Source: Felis catus
Taxonomy: Eukaryota
Length of the DNA: 64,000 nt
Direction: 5' to 3'
Assembly: GCF_018350175.1 (NCBI RefSeq)
Contig: NC_058373.1
Location: 103,604,001-103,668,000, forward strand
Both the position numbers and the translations under genes were made by a program. Numbering within the stretch: the stretch's first letter is position 1; each line of letters starts with the position of its first letter. This document shows positions 26,234 through 40,089 of this stretch, piece by piece. The notes below the pieces were generated by a model. It was not told the DNA's origin. It did not search any database and saw only the letters and a program-made list of their open reading frames with translations.

Positions 26234-26766
26234 CAAAAATACCTTTTTAAAGATTCATACATAAACAGATAATAAAAGGGTTTGCTCAGTCATCTTGTTT
26301 GCTTAAACAAGATTCACCTTCAGACGTATTCATCAGTGTGATTTTTGCATCATCACTTAAGTAAATCTTTTGCACATTTAATGTCTTCTATCTTAGACTT
26401 GCAGTGGCTTATTGATATGGATGGTTCATTGATATTTGGCTCAATAAGACATAAGGTGAAAACCTATTGTGTTTGAAATTTCTGAAAAACGTGAGAAAAT
26501 TTAAGGGACTTTATTTATACATTAGTATGTGGAAGGCAATGTGAGTAACTGTAAATCTCTACTTATCTCCTTTGAAATATTCACTTTAGATAAGGAACAA
26601 AGTAATATAAAATTCTTTTAGGTAAAATTATGATTTCTGTACTCTTGCAAAGAGAATATTGAAACACTTGAATTAAAGTACGGGGTGGAAAAATGGATTA
26701 TTCCCTAGTTTCTGTAAGATACATCCATATGGACATTGCTTTATTTTTTTAAAAATAAAATTTTGT

Positions 26767-26980
26767 GGGGCGCCTGGGTGGCGCAGTCGGTTAAGCGTCC
26801 GACTTCAGCCAGGTCACGATCTCGCGGTCCGTGAGTTCGAGCCCCGCGTCAGGCTCTGGGCTGATGGCTCAGAGCCTGGAGCCTGTTTCCGATTCTGTGT
26901 CTCCCTCTCTCTCTGCCCCTCCCCCGTTCATGCTCTGTCTCTCTCTGTCCCAAAAATAAAAAAAATTAAAAAAAGTTGAA
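26767..26980 (+). mobile_element. young SINEC_Fc
   Basis: near consensus; perfect TSD aaaaataaaattttgt. Confidence 0.95.
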
Positions 26981-27699
26981 AAAATAAAATTTTGTTACTA
27001 ATGTAACAAAAACTAGTCTAACAGAAGTTAATGTAACAGAAGCAAACATGAATCCTTTAATATTTCCCTCAATTTCATTTGTTACTAAGGTACCACTTTT
27101 ATAATAGTAAAGCACAACAATGAAAGACAACATGATTTGTAAACAAAATTTACCCCAATACCAAAACATCTTTCCTTTCAGTTTTTTTGCAATGAAAAAA
27201 AAAAGATCAACTTCTAAATAGTGGCATATGTAACTTTATAAAAGCTTTATTTAGAAATACTTGGACTTATGTTGAGATAATTAGAAACGATTGTTATTCA
27301 GAGAGCATCAAAAACTAAAGATAAAGAATGTCTGAAACACATAGGTGAAAAAACCTTTAGTTTCCCAAAAATCAAAAGGCTTTTTTAGGGACAAGCACAC
27401 ATATGTAAAATGAGATATGCTTTTAATTTTTAAAATATACAGATATGCTGAAATGGCCATACAGTGGTTTCAGTAGTCCAAAAATAATTCTGTTGGCTTT
27501 GTAATACGTTATTTAGAGGATTTCAAGTTCCCCATATCTGGTTTCCTTAACTGTGTTTTGATTAGGTTGCAGTTAAAAATTTCTATTCCTCAGGATTGTA
27601 CAGTTTTAGAAATACGGAAAAACGTGTATTCAGTACCCACTTAATACATTTGACTTAATAGAATCTGGAGAAGGAGCAAACTACCCTAGTCTTAGTGAA

Positions 27700-28810
27700 A
27701 GTACTTTAGGAAAAACTTGTTGGAAAAATGTACCTAGCAGCACTGCTCATCGGCAAAGAAACCCAGAGATGGAGTAGAAACAGCCTGTAAGTACTGGAAC
27801 TTAAAACTCACCTAGTGTTGCTAGAACACAAACTATGAGATGGGTTATGTCAAAAAATGAAGCTGCACGTAGGCTGAGACCAGATCACGAAAGGTCTTGC
27901 CTGTCGTAATGAGGACATTGTGAAATGTTTTATAATCAAAGAGGAGTCATTACAGGGTTGGAGGCAGAAATGTGCAAGAGCAAGTATGTTTTGGATCCTT
28001 CGTTCTGGTGGCAATGGTGAGCCGAGGGCTGGAGGAACACAACATGCAAAGCCTCCGAGTTGATGTGAGCCTAACGGCTGAGATAGGGCAGTAGCAGTAT
28101 GGATGAAGAGGCGAATGAGTTTTTAAAACGTTGATGAAGTAAAACTGGCAGGAAATGCTATGTTCGACGTGGAGATAGGGACAGGAGCTTTGACAACGAC
28201 TTTAGGTTTCTTAGGTAACTAAACTAGGTAGATACTGAAAACCACTAAGACAGAATACAGGAGCAGGAATCATTTAGGGAAGAGGATGAGAAATTAACTT
28301 TGCCCATGTTGATATTCAGGTTCTGTGGGACACCCAGAGCTGGACTGGCTTTGTTGTGAAGTGTACAGCAGTCAGTTGGAGACACGTCAGTCTGCAACTA
28401 AGGGGGAGGCAGTATAGAGACAGATTTGGTTACTTCAGTTTGCAGTCGGTAGCTGAAGTCAAGACAGTGAGTGGATAAGGCCACCCATGGGGAGTATGTA
28501 CGCGTGAGAAGAGTTGCCTGAGAATGAGATCTTGGAAACATCAGCTTTGAAGGAGATAACAGATGAAGGGGAGCCATTCAGAGAAAACACAGAAGGAAGA
28601 TCGAGGGCCACAGAAGGAACACCAGAGGGAGGCGGAGCCCGGGTCAACTCAGTAGAGTGGGTCTGGGTCTGGGATCAGTACAGCAGAGAGGTCCTGGGGG
28701 CCTGTGGTATTTAGCAGTTGGATAACTGGGTGCTATTTCAAGAGAATGCTAAGGTGAGAACAGAGAATAGAGGCTACGGATGTGGACAACAGGAAGCTAA
28801 TGATCTTGAA
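27700..28810. mobile_element. L2 relic
   Basis: gaccagatcacgaaaggtcttg, aactttgcccatgttga, gagacagatttgg motifs. Confidence 0.55.
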
Positions 28811-29356
28811 AATGATCCTGAAATGTCTTCGTGAAATCACCGTTGACTTCAACTTGCTCTCTAGTCAGTTAGCTCTGTCCATTCGGGTGAAACGAAGCAA
28901 GCTCAGATAATGAAATATGCCTTGGACAATATACTGAGATTGCCTGGCTGTGCACAGTCAGTGAGCGAACTGAAGACCGCCAGAGTCTTCAGAAAGTCCT
29001 CATGCTTCCCATTGCAGACATCATCCTTTGACTTGTCAGCAGAACCCAGACTCAGCTTGCAGTGTGCCGATGTGGGGCATCCTCCTGCCCTTCTGTCCTA
29101 CCCACATAGTAGAGCTGCTAACCCTGGCTCTATCCAGCCTTTCCAGGTCAGCTCAGGTTGCTTCAGACCTTTCCACAGCCACGCTCATGGATCCTGCCAC
29201 TCCACACCCACCGTCTCTGCGGCCTCCCTGAGCATTTATTGCAACTTGCAAATCCTTGTATGTGTCCCTCCTCGACTTGTGGAGGTGCCCCCCAACAGAT
29301 GTTTTGAATTGTCTCCTTTTTAATTTTTCTTTTTGGGGGGTGGGGGGGATTCTCCT

Positions 29357-30747
29357 TTTTTTTTTAATTTAATTTTTTTAAATTTACATCCAAATTAGTG
29401 AGCATATAGTGCAAGAATGATTTCAGGAGTAGATTCCTTAGTGCCCCTTACCCATTTAGCCCATCCCCCCTCCCACAACCCCTCCAGCAACCCTCTGTTT
29501 GTTCTCCATATCTAAGAGTCTCTTATCTTTTGTCCCTCTCTTGTTTTAATATTGTTTTTGTTTGCCTTCCTTATGTTCATCTGTTCTGTATCTTAAAGTA
29601 CTCATATGAGTGAAGTCATATGATATTTGTCTTTCTCTGACTAATTTCACTTAGCATAATGCCCTTTAGTTCCATCCACGTAGTTGCAAATGGCAAGATT
29701 TCATTCTTTTTGATTGCCGAGTAATACTCCATTGTATACATATTCCACATCTTTATCCATTCATCCATCAATGGACATTTGGGCTCTTTCCATACTTTGG
29801 CTATTGTTGATAGTGCTGCTATAAACATTGGGGTGCATATGTCCCTTTGAAATAGCACACCTGTATCCCTTGGATAAATACCTAGTAGTGCAATTGCTGG
29901 GTCATAGGGTAGTTCTATTTTTAATTTTTTGAGGAACCTCCATACTGTTTTCCAGAGTGGCTGCACCAGCTTGCATTCCCACCAACAATGCAAAAGAGAT
30001 CCGCTTTCTCTTCATCCTCGCCAATATCTGTTGTTGCCTGAATTGTCAATGTTAGCCATTCTGACAGGTGTGAGGTGGTATCTCATTGTGGTTTTGATTT
30101 GTATTTCTCTGATGATGAGTGATGTGGAGCATTTTTTCATGTGTCAGTTGGCCATCTGGATGCCTTCTTTGGAGAAGTGTCTATTCATGTCTTCTGCCCA
30201 TTTCTTCACTGGATTATTTGTTTTTTGGGTGTTGAGTTTGATAAGTTCTTTATAGATTTTGGATACTAACCCTGTATCTGATACATCGTTTGCAAATATC
30301 TTCTCCCATTCTGTCGGTTTGCCTTTTAGTTTTGCTGGTTGTTTCCTTCGCTGTGCAGAAGCTTTTTATTTTGATGAGGTCCCAATAGTTCATTTTTGCT
30401 TTTGTTTCCCTTGCCTCTGGAGATGTGTTGAGTAAGAAGTTTCTGCAGCCAAGATAAAAGAGGTTTTTGCCTGCTTTCTCCTTGAGGATTTTGATGGCTT
30501 CCTGTCATACATTTAGGTCTTTCATCCATTTTAAGTTTATTTTTGTGTATGGTGTAAGAAAGTGGTCCAGGTTCATTCTTCTGCATGTCACTATCCAATT
30601 TTCCCAGCACCACTTGCTGAAGAGACTGTCTTTATTCCATTGAATATTCTTTCCTGCTTTGTCAAAGATTAGTTGACCATACGTTTGTGGGTCCATTTCT
30701 GGGTTCTCTATTCTGTTCCACTGATCTGAGTGTCTGTTCTTGTGCCA
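29357..30747 (-). mobile_element. felid L1, 5'-truncated (3' part of ORF2 and 3' UTR)
   Basis: ORF2 peptides QWNRIENPE...[44 protein letters not shown]; poly-T at left end. Confidence 0.95.
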
Positions 30748-31399
30748 TATCTCTGTTTTTTTAACCCACTCATTTATACATGTTACATGGTCGGGAAAAT
30801 GGTGATTGATTCTGAATCTTAGCATAAAGCAGATTTAAAGGCAGTTTGTTGAAATACATGTGTTTTAATGGATATCCACTGTTTACAAAAGGCTGCTGAA
30901 ATCAATGAAATTTGTATAAGCTTAGCTTATATACATTGCTAGGAGAACCGCAAATCAAATAGTAAAATGATGAGGCCTCCAAAATGTTTTGTATTCTTCA
31001 TATCTTATGTATGTATGCATGCATTCTGTTCTTAGACATACTGCTGTCTCTTCTGCTTTTCACAAAGCTATGGCATCTTCAGCATTTATTTTCAGAATTT
31101 GCTCACATAGTTACCCTTGAAAACGTAATAGAAATAACAAAGAGGGAAGGCAGCGTGTTTCAGTCAGGGCTCTTGGATGCAAGCAATGGACTCTGGCTGT
31201 GTTTCACAGAAAAGAAATGTATCAAAAGGAAGTTGAGAAGAACTGTACAATAATACAAAGGACAACCTAATTTTTAAATGGGCAATGGGTCTGAATAAAC
31301 ATCTCCAAGGAAGACATATAGATAGCCAATAAGCACTTGAAAAGATGCTCAATATCATTAGCCACAAGCCATATGTGTGTATTGTTTTGTTTTTAACCA

Positions 31400-32610
31400 T
31401 TTAAGAGTAAGCTGCATAGATGGTACCCTTTTACCCTTAAATGCTTCAAGGGGTGTTTTTTTTTTTTTTTAATTTTTTTTTTCAACGTTTATTTATTTTT
31501 GGGACAGAGAGAGACAGAGCATGAACGGGGGAGGGGCAGAGAGAGAGGGAGACACAGAATCGGAAACAGGCTCCAGGCTCCGAGCCATCAGCCCAGAGCC
31601 CGACGCGGGGCTCGAACTCACGGACAGTGAGATCGTGACCTGGCTGAAGTCGGACGCTTAACCGACTGCGCCACCCAGGCGCCCCGCAAGGGGTGTTTCT
31701 TAAAAACAAGCACATTTTCCTACATATCCACAGTGCATTTCTTAAAGTCAAGAAATTATCACTGATACACACTGTTATCTATAGAGGTGATTCAGATTTT
31801 GCCAATTATTCCAATAATATCCTATTTCACAGAAGAAAATTCGAGATCATACCTTTTATTCTATTGTTGTATCCCTTTAGTCTTCATATGGACCTATGTG
31901 GTTTTTTTTTTTTTGTTTTTTTTGTTTTGTTTTGTTTTTGCTTTTTGTTTTTGTCTTTCAAGACCTTGACATTTTTGGGGGTATATATTGGCCAGTTATT
32001 TTATAGAATGTTCTTCAGTTTGAATTTGTCTGTAGCTTCAGGTAATACATTTTGGCAAGATTACCATAGAAATGATGCTCTATTCTTTTGATGGGACTAG
32101 ATCAGGAAGTATATGATGTTTGTCCCATTTCTGGGCATTAACTTTGATCATGTGGTTAAGATTGTGTCTGCCTGGTTTGCCACTGTAACATTAGCTTTTT
32201 TCCTTTTGTAGTTAATCTATTTCTAGACAGATACATTTCGACTTATGTACATATTTCTGTTACTGCAAAACTTTTACCCACTAATTTTGGTATCCATTAT
32301 TCTGATGGTGATCACTGCCAAATTCCATCATTTCTTCTACAGTTATTAGTTGTTGACTTTCTATGGACTTTCTCCTCTCCCGTTTATTTGTTTATATCAC
32401 TATAGGTTATTTATTCATTGGGTTGCAATCTATTACTATAATTATTGACATTTAAATTATCCCTGATTTGGCCCCTTTAAGCTGACTCCTTATCCTTTTG
32501 TCATGTCCCCTTTTGAACACTTCCTTACGTTCTGGCACAAGATAGTTCAGATTCATTTTATACTTGAGCTACCACAGACCTGGAATCAGCCAGTTTTCCA
32601 AGAAAGCTAA
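31400..32610 (-). mobile_element. ancient L1 (L1MC-like) 3' fragment
   Basis: ttttacccttaaatgcttca, ccagttattttatagaatg, ctggaatcagccagttttccaag. Confidence 0.6.
31457..31685 (-). mobile_element. young SINEC_Fc
   Basis: TSD caaggggtgttt. Confidence 0.95.
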
Positions 32611-32621
32611 TTTGTGTGTGT

Positions 32622-32829
32622 TTTTTTTTAATGCTTATTCATTTTTTTGACAGAGAGAGACAGAGTGTGAGCGGGGAGGGGCAGAGAGAGGGAGACACAG
32701 AATCTGAAGCAGGTTCCAGGCTCTCAGCTGTCAGCACAGAGCCTGACGCAGGGCTTGAACTCACAAACCATGAGATCATGACCTGAGCCAAAATAGGACG
32801 CTTAACCAAGTGAGCCACCCAGGCACCCT
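32622..32829 (-). mobile_element. Can-SINE
   Basis: reverse-complement head gagccacccaggcaccc; TSD aattt.tgt. Confidence 0.9.
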
Positions 32830-34602
32830 GAATTTATGTTTTAAGTAGAGGAAGGAATCTTATATCTTATGCTGACTTTCCAAAATAATATTGACAGATG
32901 AAACATGGAAATTCCTTTAAAAATGTTACCATTCTTTAAGATTAATTCATTCTCTCATTCACTGAGTTTCCTTTCTGTGCTTGGAGCTAAAGACTTCCAA
33001 TATAAATGAAGTTTAACTACGGTTCACATTTCAAAAATAATGTCAGAATAATTATTGCAGGCAGTTAACATGCCATAAATATTCCAAGATGAGCTGGAAA
33101 CCTGGGAATTGAAGAGAAATTTGAGAAAAGAGTAGAGGTTGAATAAATAGAAGCTGAGATGACATTCAGTTCGTGGGTACAGCATGAGCAGAGGTATGGC
33201 ACTGGGAATAAGCATGTCTTATTAGGGAATTTTGAGGAGCCTAACTGGTCGGTAGAGATAATAATGCTGGTAATTAGCGGCTAGGTACTATTCGCTGGGA
33301 GCGTGGATTCCAACCTGGCTCGTTTCCTACAGGCAACGAAGAGTCCTTAAATTGGGGGGCTAGGTAGTCATAAAGAGCATGTTTTAAGAAGTTTAATGTG
33401 ATGTTATACTGCAGAATTGATTGGAAAACAGAAGACAACTTAGGAAACTATTAAAATAATTGAGTCCAGGGTAGTATGAGGACAAGTTGAAAGGAATTTG
33501 GAATGTAATTTAGAAGGAAGAAATGCTTTAATGTGTTGAATCAGGGTCATTGGAAGAATGGGGAACCCTGAAAGAAATAGGAAACTGGTGACCTTTATAA
33601 GGGAAAGAAAAGAAATAAATTGCAAAGAGGACCTCAAAAACAGGTTCAGTGATATCAAAATTGTATTTTAACTTTTTTTCTAAAATGCTTGATTAAAAGC
33701 CACAACTACTTCACAAAATTACTCCACTTTTTACACAAAACAATATAGTTTAAAAGCAATGACTTAGGGCTATATAATACTGTAACTATTAGACATGGTA
33801 ATGCTTATTGAATCACAACACGTGTTAGAGATATTTGGTAACAGCTCTTTCATCATTTTAGACTTCTAGTGAAATAGGACATTGCTGTGCTAACATAGTC
33901 CATCACGTTGCCAGTCTCAAATCAGATCTCTGGATTGAGATCCAGCTTCCTGATCTATTTGAGACGTCTGCCTCTCGTTGGCACTGGGGCTGAGAAATTT
34001 GTTTCCAAGTGTAGCATTTGGTTCTCTTTGTGTTAATGAAGTTCACATTCCCATCCCTGTCTTTAAAAGAAGATACTCCGTTTTCAACTTCAACTTTGTG
34101 TTGAGAAGAAATCACTAGAAACTAAGACCTTAACTTTCAAGATCTTCAAATCACCAAATATTGTGACGAAGACGTCTTTGCCATATGTTGAGAGATACAC
34201 TCTAGTGTGGTCGTGTGGAAGGTGCCTAGGTCCATACATGCCACAAGAAGTGGGAAAGGGTGTTCCTGAATAGATCTTCTGCCATTTCATTAATTTTTAT
34301 AATTCAGCATAGCTCCGTGTTAACCAGACCATCCTTCTTGGCGGCTATAGCAAGAAAAGTGACTCAGTATCTCTCCAGCTACTACTTGTTATCTCCCCAG
34401 CTACTATCACTTCAGGCTTTCTGCACTGGCTCGAATCCTAGAGGTTCCATCTGAGAACTAAACCTCATTCAGTGCATGGGAGACCCAGCCGGCTCGTTCC
34501 CTCATTTGTTGATAAGTTAATATATGGACTTGCTAATTAAAACGTGTGGGAAGAAATTATTACATGAAAGTAATGTATTAACCATATAATGTGTTGGGAT
34601 AG

Positions 34603-34929
<327 letters not shown>

Positions 34930-35311
34930 TAGACAGTTGCTATATTTCCTTTTAACTTTGGTTTGGGCGCTGTGTATCTGATCTGATTACTGTCAAGGTA
35001 ATCTAGGCATGTCGAGAGAGAAAATATTCTGAGTTCTTTTACGGTGACCCGTGATAGCCTTTATACAACATGGGACTTTTTTTCCTCTCACAGTTCAGAA
35101 GCTTTCTGGAGAATGAGAGGATTGGAACCCCCTCCGAGTCCTATGGGAGAGATAGGCTTGGTGGTTAGCCCCACCGTCACGTGTGTGTGCATGTGCGCAT
35201 GTGTGGTCGTAAGAGGCCAAGCTCCAGACTGACCACCTTAGGTTATATGCCAATATGGTACATTGACTGACTCTCTAATTGCCAAAAAGATCCAATTTGT
35301 ACTGTTGGGGC

Positions 35312-35457
35312 GGGGTGCACCTGGGTGGCTTAGTCAGTTAAGCATCCGACTCTTGATTTCGGTTCAGGCCATGATCTCACAGTCATGAGATCAAGCCCCG
35401 TATCAGGCTCCATGCTGGGCGAGAAGCCTGCTTAAGATTCTCTCTCCCTCAAAAAAA
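35312..35457 (+). mobile_element. Can-SINE with short CT tract
   Basis: ggggtgcacctgggtggcttagtc head; TSD-like ttgtact.tt. Confidence 0.85.
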
Positions 35458-35862
35458 CCCCAAAATATTGTACTATTTTTTAACTATAAGAAGAGTATCA
35501 AATGTATAAACAAAGTAGTTCAGAAGAGGTTACAATAAATTATAAGGCAAATGCTAATATCAGAATCATTTGAAATGTGAAGGAACCCAGTCTTCTAGGA
35601 GCTTACAGTCTACACATTGGAAAGTACCAAACCATCTTAGTATAGGCAACTTTTTGTTGCTAAAGAATATATGAACAGAAGAATACCCAGGTTTATCTGG
35701 GGTTTCCATAAACAGTTCTGTGCTGCTTTAGAGTTTACTTTTTGTTCAAAATAACTTTTTCTGATTATGAAAATTGCACATGTTCAAAAAAAGCAAAAAC
35801 AGCACCCATGACTTGGTTTCTAAATAAAGAAGTATTATACTTTATTTTACTTACTATTAAAA

Positions 35863-36053
35863 TTTTTTTTGACATTTATTTATTTTTGAGAGAGAGGGAG
35901 AGGCAGAGAGAGGGAGACAGAGAATCCGAAGCAGGCTCCAAGCTGTGAGTGCAGCTCACAAACTCCAAACTCCCAAACTCCCAAACCATGAGATCATGAC
36001 CTGAGCTGAAATCAGAGTCAGCCACTTAATCAACTGAGTCACCCAGGCGTCCC
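35863..36053 (-). mobile_element. Can-SINE with internal caaactcc tandem repeat
   Basis: reverse-complement head; TSD tattatacttta. Confidence 0.88.
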
Positions 36054-36430
36054 TATTATACTTTATTTAATAGGAGAAAAAATGAAACGGAAAGAATGAC
36101 TGAGCTTTAGTCACAGGTTTTACCTCAATGACACAGTATCCTATTATTGTTAGGACTTATCTAGTCATCACACAGAACTTTCGGAAACTTAATTTGAAGG
36201 CAGTCATGTAAGGTCAAACTGCAGTGATTGGATGAGAATGGGCAATATTATAAAAAATAATGGTGATAAATATTAGTGTCTGTTGACGTGTGACTGCTTG
36301 TGTCTAAGAGGTTGACTTCAGCCTGACCTATGGTACAAGTGCTTGGTTTTAATATAAAGAATAGTTTTTTACCATTGTACTTACTTACGAGTTTTAGATA
36401 AATTTTTAACTTAGATTTTTTTTTTTTCAG

Positions 36431-36544
36431 ATAGCTAAAATTGGTGCTTTCTGCTGTGGCCTTAGCTTATGTAATCAGCACACAATAGTACTCTATATTT
36501 TGTGCATAATTCCATGGATTCTCTTCCGACTTTTCAAAGAGAAG
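36431..36544 (+). CDS. TMEM260: TMEM260 exon 5 ([18 protein letters not shown]...FKEK)
   Basis: poly-T+cag acceptor, AAG|GTAGGT donor; 114 nt, phase 0-0. Confidence 0.96.
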
Positions 36545-39036
36545 GTAGGTTTTTGAGTATTTTTAATGAAAATTCATAATATTTTATTAAGGCCCGATAT
36601 AACATTTATGGCATCAGAAAATGCGTAGCTTTAAATTTTTTTTAGTTTTCTATAATGCGTAAGTGACCTGAGGCTCTAACAACATTGACTGGAAAAAAAA
36701 TAGGATTTACAAAAATGCAGTATTGATTGCAGTGGCATCTCGCCTGTTTCATCATTTTCTTAGTGATTCTGAACAGCACCTTGATAAAAATAGGAGTCAC
36801 AACACTAATAACAGATTTCCTTGATTGTTTTATTGTATGTTCTAAGACAAAGGACAGTGCATTCATAATAGTTTATTCATTCATCCAGCTGTTTGTCAAG
36901 CCCCTGCTCGCTGCCAGATGCTACCCTAGGTGTTAGGGACGCAGCGCCCAACAAAACAAGACACTGTCACTGCTATTGTGACCCAAAAAATAAAATCTCT
37001 GGTAAATAACAATCCTGTTTTCTCAGAAGAGATTTCTGTAGAATTCAAGATGATTTCTTTCAGCTTTTCCTTTCTCTCAAAGGAAAAATTATTATTAATT
37101 TAAATAGCGGTATAAAGCGACATGAGAAAATTACTATACTCTGTAAGGCGTTAGGAGATGTACGTAAGAAGGCAGGGAGCTGAGTTAGGTGTGAGTTTTT
37201 GGAAAGACGGAAGCCCTTTATTCTGTCAGTCTTCCTCCCAGAGGTTGAAGCAATCTAAATACAAAGCCAACACTGGAGTCATTTTACTTACTGTTTATTG
37301 GTTTGTTAATTATTGTTTATTTGTCAGCTACATTTATTTATCATTTCATTGTTTGTTGCTATAGCCAGAATTATATTAGAAAATACATGTTGAATAAAAT
37401 TATTATACAGAAATAGGGAAATTGTTCCAAAACTTTAGGTAATTGTATTTGCTGTACTTGAACATATTTTGTCCTTAGCTTCTGGCAACAAAGCAAAAAG
37501 GATAACATGGAGGTTATAAAATTCTTATTGTGCGATCAAAAAGAAATAAAAACGGAACAATTGACAGGAAAGATCAACTTTTTCTTGGAACTGGATTCTG
37601 TGAAGTCAATCACGTCCATTATGTAAGGAATATTAGCGTAGCAGGCAGTGTCTAATAGTGGTATTATAGAATATTCAGAAAGTTCTTTATCTGGTCTTTT
37701 ATTATATAAACCCTTGATTTTTTAAAGTTGGAGATATAACATAAAAAATATAATTCAGCGAAGGCTTTTCTATTGAGTACAAACCTGAGGAGGTGCAAAT
37801 ATTTTTCTTGCAGATTGACAGATACACAGATGGGGGTGCCCTCACACCCTGCTGTCCGTGATCTTAGTCGGCGTCTTTTTTATTTTTCCAGTCTTCATTT
37901 TTTTCCTTTTTCTTTTTCCAGCTTATTGAGATACAATTGACATATAATACTGTGTAAGTTTAAGGTATATAGGATGATGATTTGATATATGAGGTTACCA
38001 CAATGCAGTTCTTAACACATCCATCACCTCATGTAGTTAAAATTGTGTGTGCGTATGTGTCGAGAACTCTTAAGATCTATTCTCATAGCATCTTTCAAAT
38101 GTACAGTACAATACTATAATGACCGTCCCCCAGACTTACTCATTTTATAACTTTCTCATTTTATAATTATTTGCACACTTTGACCACATTCACTCATTTC
38201 CCTCAATCCCTAAACCACCTCTAGTGATCACCAATCTACTCTGTGTTTCTGGGAGTTCAGTTTTTTAAGATCCCACGTATAGGTTAGGTCATTCAGTATT
38301 TGCCTTTCTCAGTCTGACTTATTTCATTTAGCATAATACTGTCAAGTTTTATCCATGTTGTTGCAAATGGCAGAATTTCCTTCTTTTTTGTGGCTGAATA
38401 ATACTCCATATTATGTATGTATGTATATATGTTTTCTCTTAGGAATTTTATAGTTTCAGGTCTTTCAATCAAGTCTGTAATCCATTTTGAGTTAATTTTG
38501 TCTGTGGTGTAAGATAGTGATCCAGTTTTATTCTTTTGCATGTGTCTGTCTGGTTTTCCTAACACCATTTTTTGAAAAGACTGGTCTTTTCCCCTTGTGT
38601 ATTTTTGCCTCTCTGTCATAAATTAATTAACCATGTGTGCCTGGGTTTATTTCTGGGCTCTGTGTTCTGTTCCATTGATCTGTGTCTGTTTTTACCCCAG
38701 TGCCATACTGTTTTAAATACTGTAGCTTTATAGTATAGTTTGAAAAGCCTGCAGCTTTGTTGTTTTTTTTTCAAGATATCTTTGGCTATTTGGGATCTTT
38801 TGTGGTTTCATACAAGTGGATTGTTCTATTTCTGTGAAAAATGACTTTGGAATTTTGTTAGAGATTGCATTGAATCTGTAGACTGCTTTGCATGTTTTAA
38901 CAGTCCTAACTCTTCCAATCCATGAACATAGAATGTCTTCCCATTTATTTGTGTCTTCTTTAGTGTCTTTAATCAGTGTCTTATTGTTTTCAGTGTATGG
39001 GTCTTTCACCTCCTTAGTTAAATTTATTTGTAGGTA

Positions 39037-39210
39037 GGGGCCTGGGTGACTCATTTGGTTGAGTGTCTGACTCTTGATTTCCGCTCAGGTCATGATCCCA
39101 GGGTTGTGGGATCGAGCCCACATCAGGCTCCATGCAGGCTCATGATCTTAATCTGAGCATGGAGCCTGCTTAAGATTCTCTTTCTCTCTTCCTCTTGCCT
39201 GCTCACTCTC

Positions 39211-39261
<51 letters not shown>

Positions 39262-39272
39262 AATTATTTAAA
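39037..39272 (+). mobile_element. Can-SINE with (TAAA)n tail, inside L1 ORF2
   Basis: TSD ttatttgtaggta. Confidence 0.92.
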
Positions 39273-40002
39273 AAATTATTTGTAGGTATTTTATTCTTTT
39301 TTGATGCAATTGTAAACAGAATTGGTTTCTTAATTTCTCTTCCTGACAGTTCATCATTACTGTATAAAAAGAAAGCAACAGATTTTTTTATATTGATTTT
39401 GTACCCTGAAACTCTACTGAATTCAGTTAGTAGTTCTGACAGCTTTTTGGTGGAGTCCTTAGGGTTTTCATTATATAAAATCATGTCATTTACAAATAGT
39501 GACAGTTTTACTTTTTCCTTTCCAATTGTATGCTTTTTATATTTTTTCCTGCCTAATTGCACTGGCTAGGACTTCCAATACTATGTTGATTAAGAATGTT
39601 AAGAGTGGGCATCCTTGTCTTATTCCTGATAATAGTGGGAAAGCTTTTAGCTTCTCACTGTTGAGTATGATGTTAGCTGTGGGCTTGTCACGTATGGCCT
39701 TTCAGTGACCGTATACCTACTTTGTTGGGAGTTTTTATGGTAAATGAATTTTATAAGTGGTTTTTCTGCATCTGTTGAGATGATCATATGTTTTTATCTT
39801 TCACTCCATTAATGTGGTGTACCATGTTGATTGATGTGCAGATGTTGAATCATCCTTGTATCCCTGGAATAAATCCCACTTGATCATGGTATATGATCCT
39901 TTAAATGTATTGTCAAATTGAGTTTACTAATATTTTGTTGAGGATTTTTGCATTGATGTTCATCAGGGATATCTGATATGGCCTATAATTTTCTTTTTTC
40001 TT

Positions 40003-40089
40003 TTCCCTTCCTTCCTCCCCACCTTCCTTCCTTCCTTCCTTCCTTCCTTCCTTCCTTCCTTCCTTCCTTCCTTCCTTCTTTCCTTCCTT
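40003..40089. repeat. (TTCC)n microsatellite
   Basis: read directly. Confidence 0.97.

Noticed and set aside
26990..27011. 9-bp inverted repeat TTTTGTTAC-taat-GTAACAAAA beside a SINE TSD
   Set aside because: AT-rich and short, with no support for function.
29616..30825. Reverse-transcriptase-related ORFs as a possible active element or domesticated gene
   Set aside because: 5'-truncated, frameshifted L1 ORF2 fragment.
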